DNA of 64,000 bases from Candidatus Entotheonellaceae bacterium (GCA_965238075.1 OZ250173.1:1408001-1472000), one strand, 5' to 3'; positions 31,802-42,143 are shown, counted from the stretch's first letter. Made by a program: numbers and translations. The notes: generated from the sequence alone by a model not told the origin.

Positions 31802-32583
31802 TCAACCAAGCTTCAACTCTTCGGAGACCTTGGAAAGCAGCGCGTTGATGGTCTCCACCCCTGTCGTGTCGGGGGCGGATTCTCCCTCTGATTCGATGCG
31901 GACATTGAACCTGAGGGTGCTGCCGGCAGCGGCCTTGGCTATGGCTCTGAGCAACCCGGGGGGCTTGGGCTTGTAAGGGGTTCCTTCACCTTCGCGGATG
32001 CCTTCCCTGGTTGGGACTTGCAGGTCTGCGCGCCGGGCGCCAGCTCGCTCAGGGTGGCCGCCTCGGGCAGCAATACCTCCAGACCGGCGTCCTTGAGGGC
32101 CGTTTCGTCGATAGCGGTGCGCCAGAAGGTCTTGGTCGTCCGGTCCGGACGCACGACCCGCGCCACCCAGATGCCTTGCTGAACCCCTTGCACCACGGTA
32201 TCGAGGATTTCCCTGTGGCGCAGCATCTTGGGCAGCTTGGGGAACTGCGCAAAGGCGCCCACGAGATGCTTGACCCGCCGGGAGGGCTCTCCCTCCCGCC
32301 ACAAGTCGTAGGGGCCGCCCAGCAGCATCGCTTCCGAGCTGATAGCGGTTTCCTGGATGCGGGCTCGCTTGTCGGCCTTGATCGTGGTGAGCAAGGGCGC
32401 GTCGTCCACCACGACCTTGAAGGCGTGGACGTCATTACTCTCATTATGCCTGAGCGTAATGAGGGTACGGGCCTTGCCACCGCCGTAGTTGACCGACAGC
32501 TTCCGGTACGCCTTGTCGTTTCGGCCGGCCAAGCGCAGGGCCACGTCCTTGACCAGTTCCCGCAGATTGTAAGTGGGATACAT
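31802..32583 (-). pseudogene. DUF499-family ATPase remnant (internally deleted, frameshifted)
   Basis: YPTYNLRELVKDV..RLAG, degenerate Walker A YGGGKART, GPYDLWREGE, FAQFPKLPKML, C-terminal INALLSKVSEELKLG; far shorter than full-length family members. Confidence 0.65.
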
Positions 32584-32635
32584 GACGTCCTCTTGCAGGA
32601 AGCGGTGGATGATCGGTGGCCGCTGACCTGGATTG

Positions 32636-33373
32636 CTACTTTGTGATCTCGGCCAGCCAGGCAATGTCGTTCAGGTCGTTCCAGGCAACGCGGTCGGCGC
32701 CGATTCCGCACGCGTCGAGATTGGACAGCAGGCTGTCCTGCGTCCAGCGGGCGGACCAGAAGCCTTCCGCGGTCGCCACGAATCGGGACCCGCCGCCGCG
32801 CGGTGTGACGACGTGCTGCCCCGTGTGCTCGTAGAAATCGCCCTGCGCCGTCTCGGCCTCGGGGACGTCCTTGTACAGGGTGAGGAACATGGAACCGCCG
32901 GCCTTCAGTGCCCGGTAGAAACGGGAGATCACGTCGATAAAGCGCGGATTGCGGTCGAGATAGGCGTCGCTGTACAGGCTGAGGTCGTCGGATTTGTCCC
33001 GGATGTTGCCGGCAGTGAAGTACAGGCAGAGGATAACATCGTAGAATGCCTCCTCGACGGCGGCCTGCGCGGCGTCGCCCACGAAAATCCGCGCGTTGTC
33101 GGGGCGCGCGTTGCGCCACAACTCGCGGGCGGCCTCGGCCATGAGCGGCGATATTTCAAAACCGTGGTACAGGCGGGCGACTGGCGCCAACAGCACCGCA
33201 TGATAGCCATTGCCGCAGCCGATGTCGGCAATGTTGTACGGGCCCTGCCGAAGCTGCTGGCCGAGTATCCGGTCCTGCCGCTGCCGCGCCTCTCTTATCG
33301 GAGCGGGGCAGTATGACGACTCTATCGTTCGTTGCAGGGCTTCGTTTTCGGACTCAAGCGATATGGTAGGCAC
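32636..33373 (-). CDS. Class I SAM-dependent methyltransferase
   Basis: IADIGCGNG, GFEISP, VGDA, YDVILCLY, ALKAGG; RBS GGAGG. Confidence 0.85.
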   Translation of the reverse strand: MPTISLESENEALQRTIESSYCPAPIREARQRQDRILGQQLRQGPYNIADIGCGNGYHAVLLAPVARLYHGFEISPLMAEAARELWRNARPDNARIFVGDAAQAAVEEAFYDVILCLYFTAGNIRDKSDDLSLYSDAYLDRNPRFIDVISRFYRALKAGGSMFLTLYKDVPEAETAQGDFYEHTGQHVVTPRGGGSRFVATAEGFWSARWTQDSLLSNLDACGIGADRVAWNDLNDIAWLAEITK

Positions 33374-33543
33374 GTCATTCCTCCTGGATACAGGTTCGTG
33401 TGGATGCTCAGGCTACAGCCGTTCATGATTGATCAGCAACCATGTCATGTGGGCCTCATGATCCAATTTGGACAGCGGCTTCGAGTCGCCGGGCCAGGGC
33501 GTCAAAATCCTCGGGGCATTTCTGCCGGATGGCGTCGATCCGG

Positions 33544-33666
33544 CGTGCTGCCGTCGGCCAGTAGCGCCTGTGCACGACTTTGCCAAGACAGGGCCAGTCG
33601 GTCAATCAACGCCGTTGGGAGCGTCAGATGACCGGTGAAGCCGGTGTCGATGATGGCCTCAATGCC
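33544..33666 (-). pseudogene. Clan AA aspartic protease fragment
   Basis: Hand translation GIEAIIDTGFTGHLTLPTALIDRLALSWQSRAQALLADGST (DTG motif); no start codon; not in the ORF track. Confidence 0.75.
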
Positions 33667-33669
33667 ACC

Positions 33670-34198
33670 TCCCCGTCAACGCCGCGGCGTGTTGGCGCGA
33701 GGCTTCCATCCCGAGCAGAACCGGGTAAGTCGCCTTGCCGTGCTACGCGTCCCGCCCGACCCGTTTGCCCAGCGCGGCGCTGTCGCCTTCCACGTCCAGG
33801 CCGTCGGCGGCGATCTGGAACGCCAGTCCGATGGCCTGCCCGTAGCGTTTTAGCGCCTCCAACTGCACCGCCGAACCGCCGCCGAGCAAACCGCCGATGG
33901 TGACGGCTGCGCCGATCAGGGCAGCGGTCTTGTGGCGGTGGATATATTCGAGCACGTCGAGCGACACCTTCCGGCCTTCCGAGGCCATGTCTACAATTTG
34001 GCCCCCCACTATGCCGGAGCAGCCCGCCGCGCGCGCCAGACAGTGCGTGGCTTCCAGCAACACGGCGGGGGCAAACCGCGTCGCCAAGTCGGGTCATGAC
34101 TTCGAACGCGTAGGTCAGCAGGGCGCCGGCGGCGAGGATGGCCACTGCTTCGCCGAAAACTTTGTGGCTGCGGAGAGGACCGTGATAGTGACCATCAG
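33670..34198 (-). pseudogene. Polyprenyl (FPP/GGPP) synthase IspA fragment
   Basis: SHKVFGEAVAILA, GGQIVD, IHRHKTAAL, GLAFQIAADGLD (Asp-rich motif decayed), stop at 33743-33745, then GKATYPVLLG. Confidence 0.85.
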
Positions 34199-34199
34199 A

Positions 34200-35202
34200 C
34201 CGAGCGTTCGGCTGAGCTCGAATCCCGATGAGGCGAATACCAGGAAGCATGGTCCAGAGCGCGCGGCCTACGCTGCGAAAGGTGGCGCGCACGGCTTCAG
34301 GCGACGCCGTGCATGTTCTTGTTCAGACGCTTCATGATGTCAGACGCTTCATGATGTCCGAAAACGCCTGGACGTGGGTGACTTCGGGTTGCCCTCGGTA
34401 CCATTCGGCGAAGGCATCGACCGCGCGCAGATAATGGGGGTCGGAGACACCGCCTTCGCGCCCCGCGCTCAGCGAGTATTCCAGGGTTTCCATGCCGGTC
34501 AGGTTGTCGATGACGAAATCCGTATCGTGCCGAAACTCGTAACGCTCGCCGAAGTACTTCGGCCAATTGTCGGTGAATTCGATGCGAGGGATGCCAATGA
34601 TCAGAACGATTGTCACAAGGGCGGCGAACCAGAGTATGGGGGTGCGGCGCGCCACGGCGAAGGCGCTGAATCGGTCGAAGAAGACAGATTCTCCTTCGCG
34701 GGCGGGACGTGCCCGCAATGGCAAAACCGAAAGCAAGGCGGGTAGGAGGGCCATGGAATGGACAAAAGCGCAGAGCACGCCGAACGCCACGAGATTGCCG
34801 AGGTGAGAAACACCGGCCAGGCATTGTTGTGGAGGGATTCCGTAAGGGCGGTGTTCTTGTCCAGACCACGACGCATGCCGAAGATAAAGGCCGAAACAAT
34901 GTGGACCGAGTCCGCGATGGCCACCGTCATCACGATGATCGGCACACCGGAATTGGCGGGATTGAACACCGTGCCGACCCAGCCGGCGAATCCCACGGTG
35001 GTGTTGATGACGAACATGAGCGCCGCAACGATGGCCAGGGTGCCGAATACCGAACGTAGAAGGCCGGCGCTGGCGACAATAATGAGGAGGAGCACGACCG
35101 GCGTCAGGGTCTGCATCTCGTTCTGTGTGGTGTCGGTAAAGGCGCGGTTTATGACGGCATCGCCGGTCAGGTAGTAGGCGACGTCCGGGTGGCTCGCGCG
35201 CG
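34200..35202 (-). pseudogene. MMPL/RND-family transporter fragment
   Basis: MTVAIADSVH, PVFLTS, LLPALL, DIMKRLNKNMHG; frameshifts, deletions and a 17-bp tandem duplication at 34324-34357. Confidence 0.82.
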
Positions 35203-35370
35203 CGTCATCTCCCCTGCCATCACCAGGGATTCCTTGTTCGTCAGCGCCACATTCAACCCGGACTGAACAGCGTGCAGGGTCGGCCGCAGCTCGATAGAGC
35301 CGACAACCGCCGACATCGCCAAGCGAACACACCGGGATACACGGTGGCGCGGCACAATCCGTCCAAGAAT
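35203..35370 (-). pseudogene. DXP reductoisomerase (Dxr) internal fragment
   Basis: MSAVVGSIELRPTLHAVQSGLNVALTNKESLVMAGE resembles the Dxr segment AIVGxxGLxPT...ALANKESLV. Confidence 0.8.
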
Positions 35371-35443
35371 GGCGCCTTACACGGCGCACCCGACAATAAA
35401 CAATCAGGGAAATCTATGCGGGGTGCGAGGCTCCATCGCCGTT

Positions 35444-36319
35444 TTACAACGGTATGGGCATGACGTCCACCGCGACCTCCATGGTGTGGTTGCCGCCGCC
35501 GAGGAAGACGCCTTTGATGGGACTGACGTCGCCGTAATCGCGGCCGATGGCGACGGTGATGTGGCGGTCGGAGGGCCACATGTTGTTGGTGGGATCCACG
35601 TCGACCCAAGCGTGGCCGGGGCAGTAGACGGAGAGCCAAGCGTGCGAGGCTTCGGCGCCGATGAGCGGGTTGGGGCCGGACGACTGGGTGACGAGGTAGC
35701 CGCTGACGTAGCGGACGGCCAGGCCGAGGACGCGCAGGCAACCGATTTGCAAATGCGCGAAGTCCTGACAGACGCCGCGGCGGTGACGCATGACGTCGCC
35801 CAGCGGCGTGTTGACCGCGGTGGCTCCGGGGTCGTAAGTGAACTCGGCGTGGATGCGTTCGGTGAGGTCCCGGACCGCTTCGAGCAAGGGCCGCCGAGGG
35901 GTGAAGGACGATTCGGCGTACGCCAGCAATTCCGGGCTGGCCGCCACGTACGGGGAATCGAACACGAATTGAACCGCCTCCAGTCCCTCGGCGCTGCGGT
36001 CGTGACGCAGGCCGTCGCGCACGTCTTCCCACGCCGCCGAGACCGCCAGCGGCGGCAGCTCGAGCGGCGTTATCTCGACGATGCTGTTGGCCGTCATGGT
36101 CAGCGCCCAGTGCGGCTCTTGCAGGGTGAAGAAGGTCACCGGATTGCCGAAATAATCCCCCGACCGGCTCACCACCGGGGCTTCGGGGAACAACAGCAAT
36201 TCGTGGAATGAGCACGTCTGATGGCGGCACTGGCGCGGGCACAGGTGCAGCTTGTTGTGGCACACCGACACCGCGCTGGAGTAGGCATACGTCGTGGTAT
36301 GTCGCACGCGGTAGCGCAT
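35444..36319 (-). CDS. Transglutaminase-like protein (Bact_transglu_N + TGase core)
   Basis: YRVRHTTTY, DYFGN, GVCQDFAH, RYVSGY, ASHAW, DPTNN, GRDYGDVSP. Confidence 0.95.
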   Translation of the reverse strand: MRYRVRHTTTYAYSSAVSVCHNKLHLCPRQCRHQTCSFHELLLFPEAPVVSRSGDYFGNPVTFFTLQEPHWALTMTANSIVEITPLELPPLAVSAAWEDVRDGLRHDRSAEGLEAVQFVFDSPYVAASPELLAYAESSFTPRRPLLEAVRDLTERIHAEFTYDPGATAVNTPLGDVMRHRRGVCQDFAHLQIGCLRVLGLAVRYVSGYLVTQSSGPNPLIGAEASHAWLSVYCPGHAWVDVDPTNNMWPSDRHITVAIGRDYGDVSPIKGVFLGGGNHTMEVAVDVMPIPL

Positions 36320-36326
36320 GGCCGCC

Positions 36327-38888
36327 TCAGCCGCCCGTCAGGGCGAGATGCCGCGTCAGTTCGGCGTGGCTCAAATAGCGATGCGTGATGGTATCCGAGA
36401 GCCCTGAAAAGTCCGCCTGAAGCTCTGCCAACGCCGTTTCCAGATGCCCGCGCCGCCCGTTCCGACCGATCTGGCACAGCACCTCGACCTCTGCCAGACG
36501 CAGCCGCGTGAGCATGGCCATCACCCGCCGTTGGGCCGGGCTCAAGGACGGCATGGCGTGGTCGCGCGGCAGGCGTTCGACGTGGTCGGCAAGCCGCACC
36601 AACTGGTAGACCACGGCGCGCGGATTGGAGTCGTCGGTGAGCAGCAGGTCCAGCACGGGCACGCATTGCAGCGTCGTGAGGTAGCGCGAGCGGTAGGTGA
36701 TCGAGCTGTCGCCGATCTCCAGCAGCGCCTCCAGTATCGACCCCTCCCGGTCGTCCGCATCGACGAGCGTGCTGCGCAGCAGGCCAGTGGTGTGCGCGGC
36801 ACGCTCCAGCCGCCGCCCGAGGTCCAGAAAATGCCACTCCGGGCCGCGAATCATGTTTTCTTCCATGAGGCCGCTGAAAGCCGACAGCATCATGATGGTG
36901 TGATCGATCAACGCCAGAGCGTCGGGCAGGCGTTCGACGTGATTGGCAAGCGGACGCCGGTTGAAGTCCTCGTCCAGGCGCGTGATGATGCGCCACGATT
37001 CGAGGGTCATGTAATCCCGCACCGTGGCCGCCACGCGATGCAGGGTGCCGAGGATGGCACGCACGCTGTGGGCGGCTTGCGGATCGAACAGGATCGTGAA
37101 TAGCGCCGCCGCCCGCGAAGCCAGGTCGTCCGGCTGATTCCCTGGGATTGTCAGGTGGCCAAACCCCCAGGTCTGCGCAGCGCGGAACAGCACGGGGAAC
37201 GCCGTGCTGCTTTTCAGCCCGGATTCGTCGTTGAGGCGGATCAACAGACTGCGCAGCAGGCGCACCAGCCCTTCGGCGCGCTCGCTGTGGCGGCCGATCC
37301 AGAACAGATTGTCGGCCGCGCGGCTGGGGAAGTCGTAACCGCTGCGGCGCAGCGCAATGGGCTGACCGGCCGGCGGCAGCAGCGTCAGGGTGTCGGGCTG
37401 GCCCTCGCACAGCACCCAGGTATCCTTGCTGCCGCTGTCGCTCTGCATCGATATGACCGGTGGGCCGTCGTTCGCCGAAACCCGCGTCAGGCCGCCCGAC
37501 ATGACCTTGTACGTGTCCCGCGCGGCCACCGCGTATGTGCGCAGAACCGTCTGCCGCGGTTGCACCCCGACGCCGTTCCACGCCGGCAGACTGGACAGCG
37601 ACAGACGTTGCTGGGCCGCGTATTCGCAGGGCCGCGCGCGCACCATGTCGACCATCTCACGCCGCTCGTCGCGACTCAGCCGATCGCCCCGCACCATGTC
37701 CCGCCCAGCGCCGGAGCGCATCGGCATGACCACGAGTTCCTCCACATGGTCCAGCACGTATGCCAGACTGTCCGCGTCCCCGCACCACCACGTCGGCGCT
37801 GACGGCAAGGCCAGTTCCTCGTCCAGCAGACGGCGGCACAGGGCGGGGAGAAACGGCATCAGCGCGGCGCTTTCCAGCCAGCCGCTGCCCAGCGCGTTGA
37901 CGACACTGACGTTGCCGGCCCGCACCGCTTGCAACAGGCCCGCGGTGCCGAGCAGCGATGCCTGATTCAGCTCGAGCGGATCGCAGAACGTGTCGTCCAG
38001 CCGCCGCAAGATGACGTCCACCGGCTGCAGGCCGGCCAGTGTTTTGAGATAGACGCGCTCGTCGCGCACCGTCAGGTCGCCGCCCTCGACCAGGGTGTAG
38101 CCGAGGTAGCGGGCCAGGTAGGCGTGCTCGAAGTAGGTCTCGTTGTACGGCCCGGGGGTCAGCAGCACGATGCGCGGGTTGTCGCGGTGGCGTGTCGCCA
38201 CGTCGTGCAGCGTCTGCCGCAGGGCCGCAAAGTATGATGCCAGCCGCTGTACCTGGCAGTCCCGCAGCGCCTCGGGCAGGATGCTCGACAGCACTTGGCG
38301 ATTCTCCAGCGCGTAGCCGGACCCCGCCGGGCTTTGGGCGCGGTCGGCCAGCACCCACCAATGCCCGTCCGGGGTGCGCGCGAGGTCGGCGGCGTAGACG
38401 TGCAGATAACAGTCGTTGGGTACGGTCAGGCCGTGGCAGGGCCGCAGAAAGCCGGCATGCGCGAACACCAGTTCCGGTGGCAGCAGCCCTTCGGCGAGCA
38501 GGCGTTGCGGGCCGTACACGTCTGCCAGCATGGCGTTCAGCAGCCGCGCCCGCTGCGCCAGGGCGGCTTCCAGGCACGCCCACTCCGCTGGCCCGATGAC
38601 CCGCGGCAGCGGGTCCAGCTCCCACGGGCGCTCCATGCCCCGTGCGTCGTCATACACGTTGTACGTGACGCCGTTTTCGTGAATCATCCGGCGCGCCTGC
38701 TGCCAGCAGTGCGCCAGTTCCCCTTGGCCCATGGCCTCGAGCGTTTGAACCACCTTCCGCCAATGCGGACGCGGCTCGCCGTCCCCGGCAAACGTCTCGT
38801 CGTACGATCCGGTCGGCGCGCTATAGCCGGCAAACAGGCCGCTACGCACCGCCCCCGCTGCCTCGCGTGTCGTGACGTGATGAGTCAT
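36327..38888 (-). CDS. Circularly permuted type 2 ATP-grasp fused to alpha-E domain
   Basis: GVTYNVY, PWELDPLP, GYALENR, TPGPYNETYFEHAYLARYLG, GGLTRV, SKDTWV, SRAADNLFWIGRHSERAE, GRRLERA. Confidence 0.95.
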   Translation of the reverse strand: MTHHVTTREAAGAVRSGLFAGYSAPTGSYDETFAGDGEPRPHWRKVVQTLEAMGQGELAHCWQQARRMIHENGVTYNVYDDARGMERPWELDPLPRVIGPAEWACLEAALAQRARLLNAMLADVYGPQRLLAEGLLPPELVFAHAGFLRPCHGLTVPNDCYLHVYAADLARTPDGHWWVLADRAQSPAGSGYALENRQVLSSILPEALRDCQVQRLASYFAALRQTLHDVATRHRDNPRIVLLTPGPYNETYFEHAYLARYLGYTLVEGGDLTVRDERVYLKTLAGLQPVDVILRRLDDTFCDPLELNQASLLGTAGLLQAVRAGNVSVVNALGSGWLESAALMPFLPALCRRLLDEELALPSAPTWWCGDADSLAYVLDHVEELVVMPMRSGAGRDMVRGDRLSRDERREMVDMVRARPCEYAAQQRLSLSSLPAWNGVGVQPRQTVLRTYAVAARDTYKVMSGGLTRVSANDGPPVISMQSDSGSKDTWVLCEGQPDTLTLLPPAGQPIALRRSGYDFPSRAADNLFWIGRHSERAEGLVRLLRSLLIRLNDESGLKSSTAFPVLFRAAQTWGFGHLTIPGNQPDDLASRAAALFTILFDPQAAHSVRAILGTLHRVAATVRDYMTLESWRIITRLDEDFNRRPLANHVERLPDALALIDHTIMMLSAFSGLMEENMIRGPEWHFLDLGRRLERAAHTTGLLRSTLVDADDREGSILEALLEIGDSSITYRSRYLTTLQCVPVLDLLLTDDSNPRAVVYQLVRLADHVERLPRDHAMPSLSPAQRRVMAMLTRLRLAEVEVLCQIGRNGRRGHLETALAELQADFSGLSDTITHRYLSHAELTRHLALTGG

Positions 38889-38891
38889 GCT

Positions 38892-39860
38892 TCAACCCCC
38901 GCCGCGCCGCTGTCCGCTCACCGGACGCATGGCAAAGAAGGTGTTGGAAATCTCGTCGTCCACCTGGTTGAGCTTGAACTGAAAGCGGTCCAGAAACTCG
39001 TGCAGCCCGACGCCGATGATCTCCTGAATGGCGGCGTAATCCAATTCCGAGCGCAGGCGGCCCAGGCGCTGCTCGGCCTCGTCTCGAAAACTGCCCATGG
39101 GGGTGCCGGAAACGAGGTGCAGCGAGGTTTCCGCTTCCACCAGACAGTAGTGCATGGCACGCGGAAACTCGCGGTCCAGCAGCAGGAAATCCGCCACGCT
39201 GACCGGCGTGATGCGCCCGAACCGCTGGCGGTACATCTCCAGTGCGCTGGCCGACTTGAGCACCGCCGCCCATTGGATGTCGTCCACCGGCGAGCCCACG
39301 TCGCTCGCCTGCGGCAGCAGCATGAAGTATTTCACGTCGAGGATGCGCGAAGTCTTGTCGGCACGCTCGATCAGCCGCCCCAGGCGCCCGAAGTGCCAGC
39401 CCTCGCCGTGCGACATGGTGGCGTCGGTGATGCCGACGAACAGATAGCTGGCGTTCTTCACGTCAGTGAAAAAATCGTGCGGCGTGTCCTGCGCCTGCCG
39501 GGCCGCTCGGCGTACCATGAGGTAGAACTTGTTGACGTGCTCCCACATGTCCGAGGAGATGATTTCGCGCACCGAGCGGGCGTTGTCGCGCGCCGCTTGC
39601 AGGCAGGAGAGGATCGAGTTGGGATTGGCGGTGTCGTGGGTGAGAAAGGTGAAGACGTTCTCCTTGGTGGCCGTCCCGTAGCGCCGGGCGAAGTCGTGGC
39701 GGTCGTCGGTAATGTTGACCAGCGGCTGCCACTGCTCCGGGCTGTCCGGCGACAGGTCGAGCATCAGGTGGAGATTCACGTCGATGAAGCGGGCGACGTT
39801 TTCGGCGCGCTCGATGTAACGGTGCAGCCAGTAGATGGATTCGGCAGCGCGGCTCAGCAT
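38892..39860 (-). CDS. Alpha-E domain protein (DUF403)
   Basis: MLSRAAESIYWLHRYIERAENVAR, ARDNARSVRE, GRLIERADKTSRILDVKY. Confidence 0.95.
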   Translation of the reverse strand: MLSRAAESIYWLHRYIERAENVARFIDVNLHLMLDLSPDSPEQWQPLVNITDDRHDFARRYGTATKENVFTFLTHDTANPNSILSCLQAARDNARSVREIISSDMWEHVNKFYLMVRRAARQAQDTPHDFFTDVKNASYLFVGITDATMSHGEGWHFGRLGRLIERADKTSRILDVKYFMLLPQASDVGSPVDDIQWAAVLKSASALEMYRQRFGRITPVSVADFLLLDREFPRAMHYCLVEAETSLHLVSGTPMGSFRDEAEQRLGRLRSELDYAAIQEIIGVGLHEFLDRFQFKLNQVDDEISNTFFAMRPVSGQRRGGG

Positions 39861-39862
39861 GG

Positions 39863-41304
39863 TCAGTCCCTCGCCAGCACCCAGGTGTCCTTGCTGCCGC
39901 CGCCCTGGGACGAATTGACCACCAACGAGCCTTTTTGCAGCGCGACGCGCGTCAGGCCGCCAGGCAGCACGTAGGGACGGCCGGCGCCGTACAGAATGTA
40001 GGGCCGCAGATCGACGTGGCGGCCTTCCAGCGCGCCATCGACGATCACCGGCGCACGCGACAGCGACAGGGTGGGCTGGGCGATGTAGTTGCGCGGGTTG
40101 GCCTCGATGGCCTCGGCAAACGTCTTGCGTTCCGCGGCCGAGGCGTGCGGGCCGATCAGCATGCCGCAGCCGCCGGATTCGTTGACCGCCTTGACCACCA
40201 GCTCGTCCAAGTGCTCCAGGACGTAACGGCGCTGCTTGTCCTCCCAGCAGACGTACGTCGGCACGTTGGGCAGCACCATGTCCTCGCTCAGGTAGTAGTC
40301 GATCATCTGCGGCACGTAGGCGTACACGGCCTTGTCGTCCGCCACCCCGGTGCCGGGAGAGCGTTGGCCAGCGCCACCCGGCCGGCTTTGTACGCCTGCA
40401 TGAGGCCGGGAACGCCGAGATAGGAATCGGGCCGGAAGGTCAGCGGATCGAGAAAATCGTCGTCGATGCGCCGGTAGATGACATCCACGCGCTGGAAGCC
40501 CTTGGTCGTGCGCATCATGAGGAGGTTATCCACCACTGCCAGGTCGCGGCCCTCGACGAGTTCCACGCCCATCTTCTGCGCCAGGAAGGCGTGCTCGAAA
40601 TAGGCCGAGTTGTAAATGCCGGGCGTGAGCACCACCACCGTGGGATTGGGCACCCCCGCCGGCGCCAGGGACTGCAGCATGTCCAGCAGGCGGCTGGGAT
40701 AGTCGTCCGCCGGGCGCACCTGCGAGACCTCGAACACCTGCGGGAAGGTGCGCTTGAGCACCTGGCGGTTTTCCAGCACGTACGACACGCCGGAGGGGCA
40801 GCGCAGGTTGTCTTCGAGCACGTAAAGCTGCCCGTCGCCGTCGCGCACCAGGTCGATGCCGCTGATGTGGCACCAGATGCCCTGCGGCGGGTTGAGCCCG
40901 ACGCACGGCTGCAGAAAGTTGCGCGCCGACAGGACGAGCTCTTCCGGCACGACGCCGTCCTTGAGGATGCGCTGGGCGTGATAAATGTCGTCAATGAACA
41001 GGTTGAGCGCCTGGATGCGCTGCTTCAGGCCGTCCTCGATGGTGGCCCAGTCCGCCGCGCCGACGATGCGGGGCAGGATGTCAAACGGAAAGATGCGCTC
41101 GGTGCCGGCCTCGTCGCCGTAGACCGTGAACGTGATGCCGAGGTTGAGCAGGTCGCGCTCGGCCGCCTGCTGCCGCCGCACCAGTTCGCCTTCCGGCAGC
41201 GAGGTGACGCGCTCCAGCAGCGGCGCCGCGCCTGGACGAGCCTGCCCATCCTGACGAACCAACTCGTCGTAGAATCGTCCGGTATCGTAGGCCGCGAGCT
41301 TCAT
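39863..41304 (-). pseudogene. Circularly permuted type 2 ATP-grasp with a 2-bp frameshift
   Basis: [32 protein letters not shown]; conserved [12 protein letters not shown] broken by an extra dinucleotide at ~40358-40359; C-terminal [16 protein letters not shown] in another frame. Confidence 0.9.
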
Positions 41305-41366
41305 CCGGCGGCTCCCTGTGAACGGCTCCGTAAGGGTAGAATAAGATGGCTGCAGGACAGGAGATA

Positions 41367-41382
41367 AGCAAAAAGTGTACCA
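41367..41382 (-). promoter_or_regulatory. Sigma54 (-24/-12) promoter of the ATP-grasp operon
   Basis: Reverse complement TGGTACACTTTTTGCT has exact GG-N10-GC spacing, ~60 bp upstream of ATG 41304. Confidence 0.7.
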
Positions 41383-41700
41383 GAAACATCAGAAGCGGGC
41401 CGCACGCCGTCTGCCCGACAATCCCTGGGATTGCCCGTGGAGCCAGCGGCCGGCCCCTAGCCTGCCGACGATACCCATCTGCGAAAACACGGACAAATTT
41501 GTCAAAACACGTACGTTATTGCACAATCGGCGGGGGGCACGGTTAGGGTAAGGATTGATGTTCTGGCAACAAGACATGTGCTGAAGGTCTTGGCGACGGT
41601 ATCCCCTGCCGAAGGCATCCGGGGAAGCCGAGTGCCAACAAAGCCGGATTATCCTCAACCTGTGATATGATTCCTCAAACTTCAAGACCTTGGAGGCCCC

Positions 41701-42126
41701 ATGCAAAAGGCATGGAATTGGATCAAAGACAATGCGGGAGCCATAACGGCAACCATAATGGCAATCACCGTCATCCTCGGCGGATTCACCGGAATCATCC
41801 AATTTGGCATTATCAATCCCATGAACCAACGCTTTGACACCATTGACCAACGCTTTGACGCCGTTGACCGACGCTTCGACGCCGTTGACCAACGCTTCGA
41901 CGACCTCAGAGCGGAAATGAACAGCCGCTTCGACGCCCAAGACAAATACATGAACGCACGCTTTAACGCGGTAAACCAACGTTTCGATGCTCAGGATCAG
42001 CGCCTCCAGCGCCTGGAAAACGACGTCTCGGAACTTCGCAAGCTCAGCGAGCGCGTCTCCCGAAACGAAGGACAGATCGACCTCATCAGGCAGCAACTGC
42101 AAACCGCCGCCGCACCCTCGCCCTGA
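41701..42126 (+). CDS. Membrane-anchored coiled-coil protein with DQRFDxx heptad repeats
   Basis: N-terminal TM helix, heptad repeats; RBS GGAGG. Confidence 0.8.
   Translation: MQKAWNWIKDNAGAITATIMAITVILGGFTGIIQFGIINPMNQRFDTIDQRFDAVDRRFDAVDQRFDDLRAEMNSRFDAQDKYMNARFNAVNQRFDAQDQRLQRLENDVSELRKLSERVSRNEGQIDLIRQQLQTAAAPSP
41824..41907 (+). repeat. 21-bp tandem repeat, 4 copies
   Basis: AACCAACGCTTTGACACCATT / GACCAACGCTTTGACGCCGTT / GACCGACGCTTCGACGCCGTT / GACCAACGCTTCGACGACCTC. Confidence 0.9.
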
Positions 42127-42143
42127 ATACAACACAAGCCCAC

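Noticed and set aside
38295-39974. 559-aa + strand ORF and many similar long overlapping ORFs (e.g. 50155-51573, 47637-48869, 41987-43255)
   Set aside because: Shadow ORFs typical of high-GC DNA, overlapping well-supported genes and lacking motifs
41824-41907. 21-bp repeats as CRISPR or iterons
   Set aside because: Contiguous, in-frame coding heptads with no spacers
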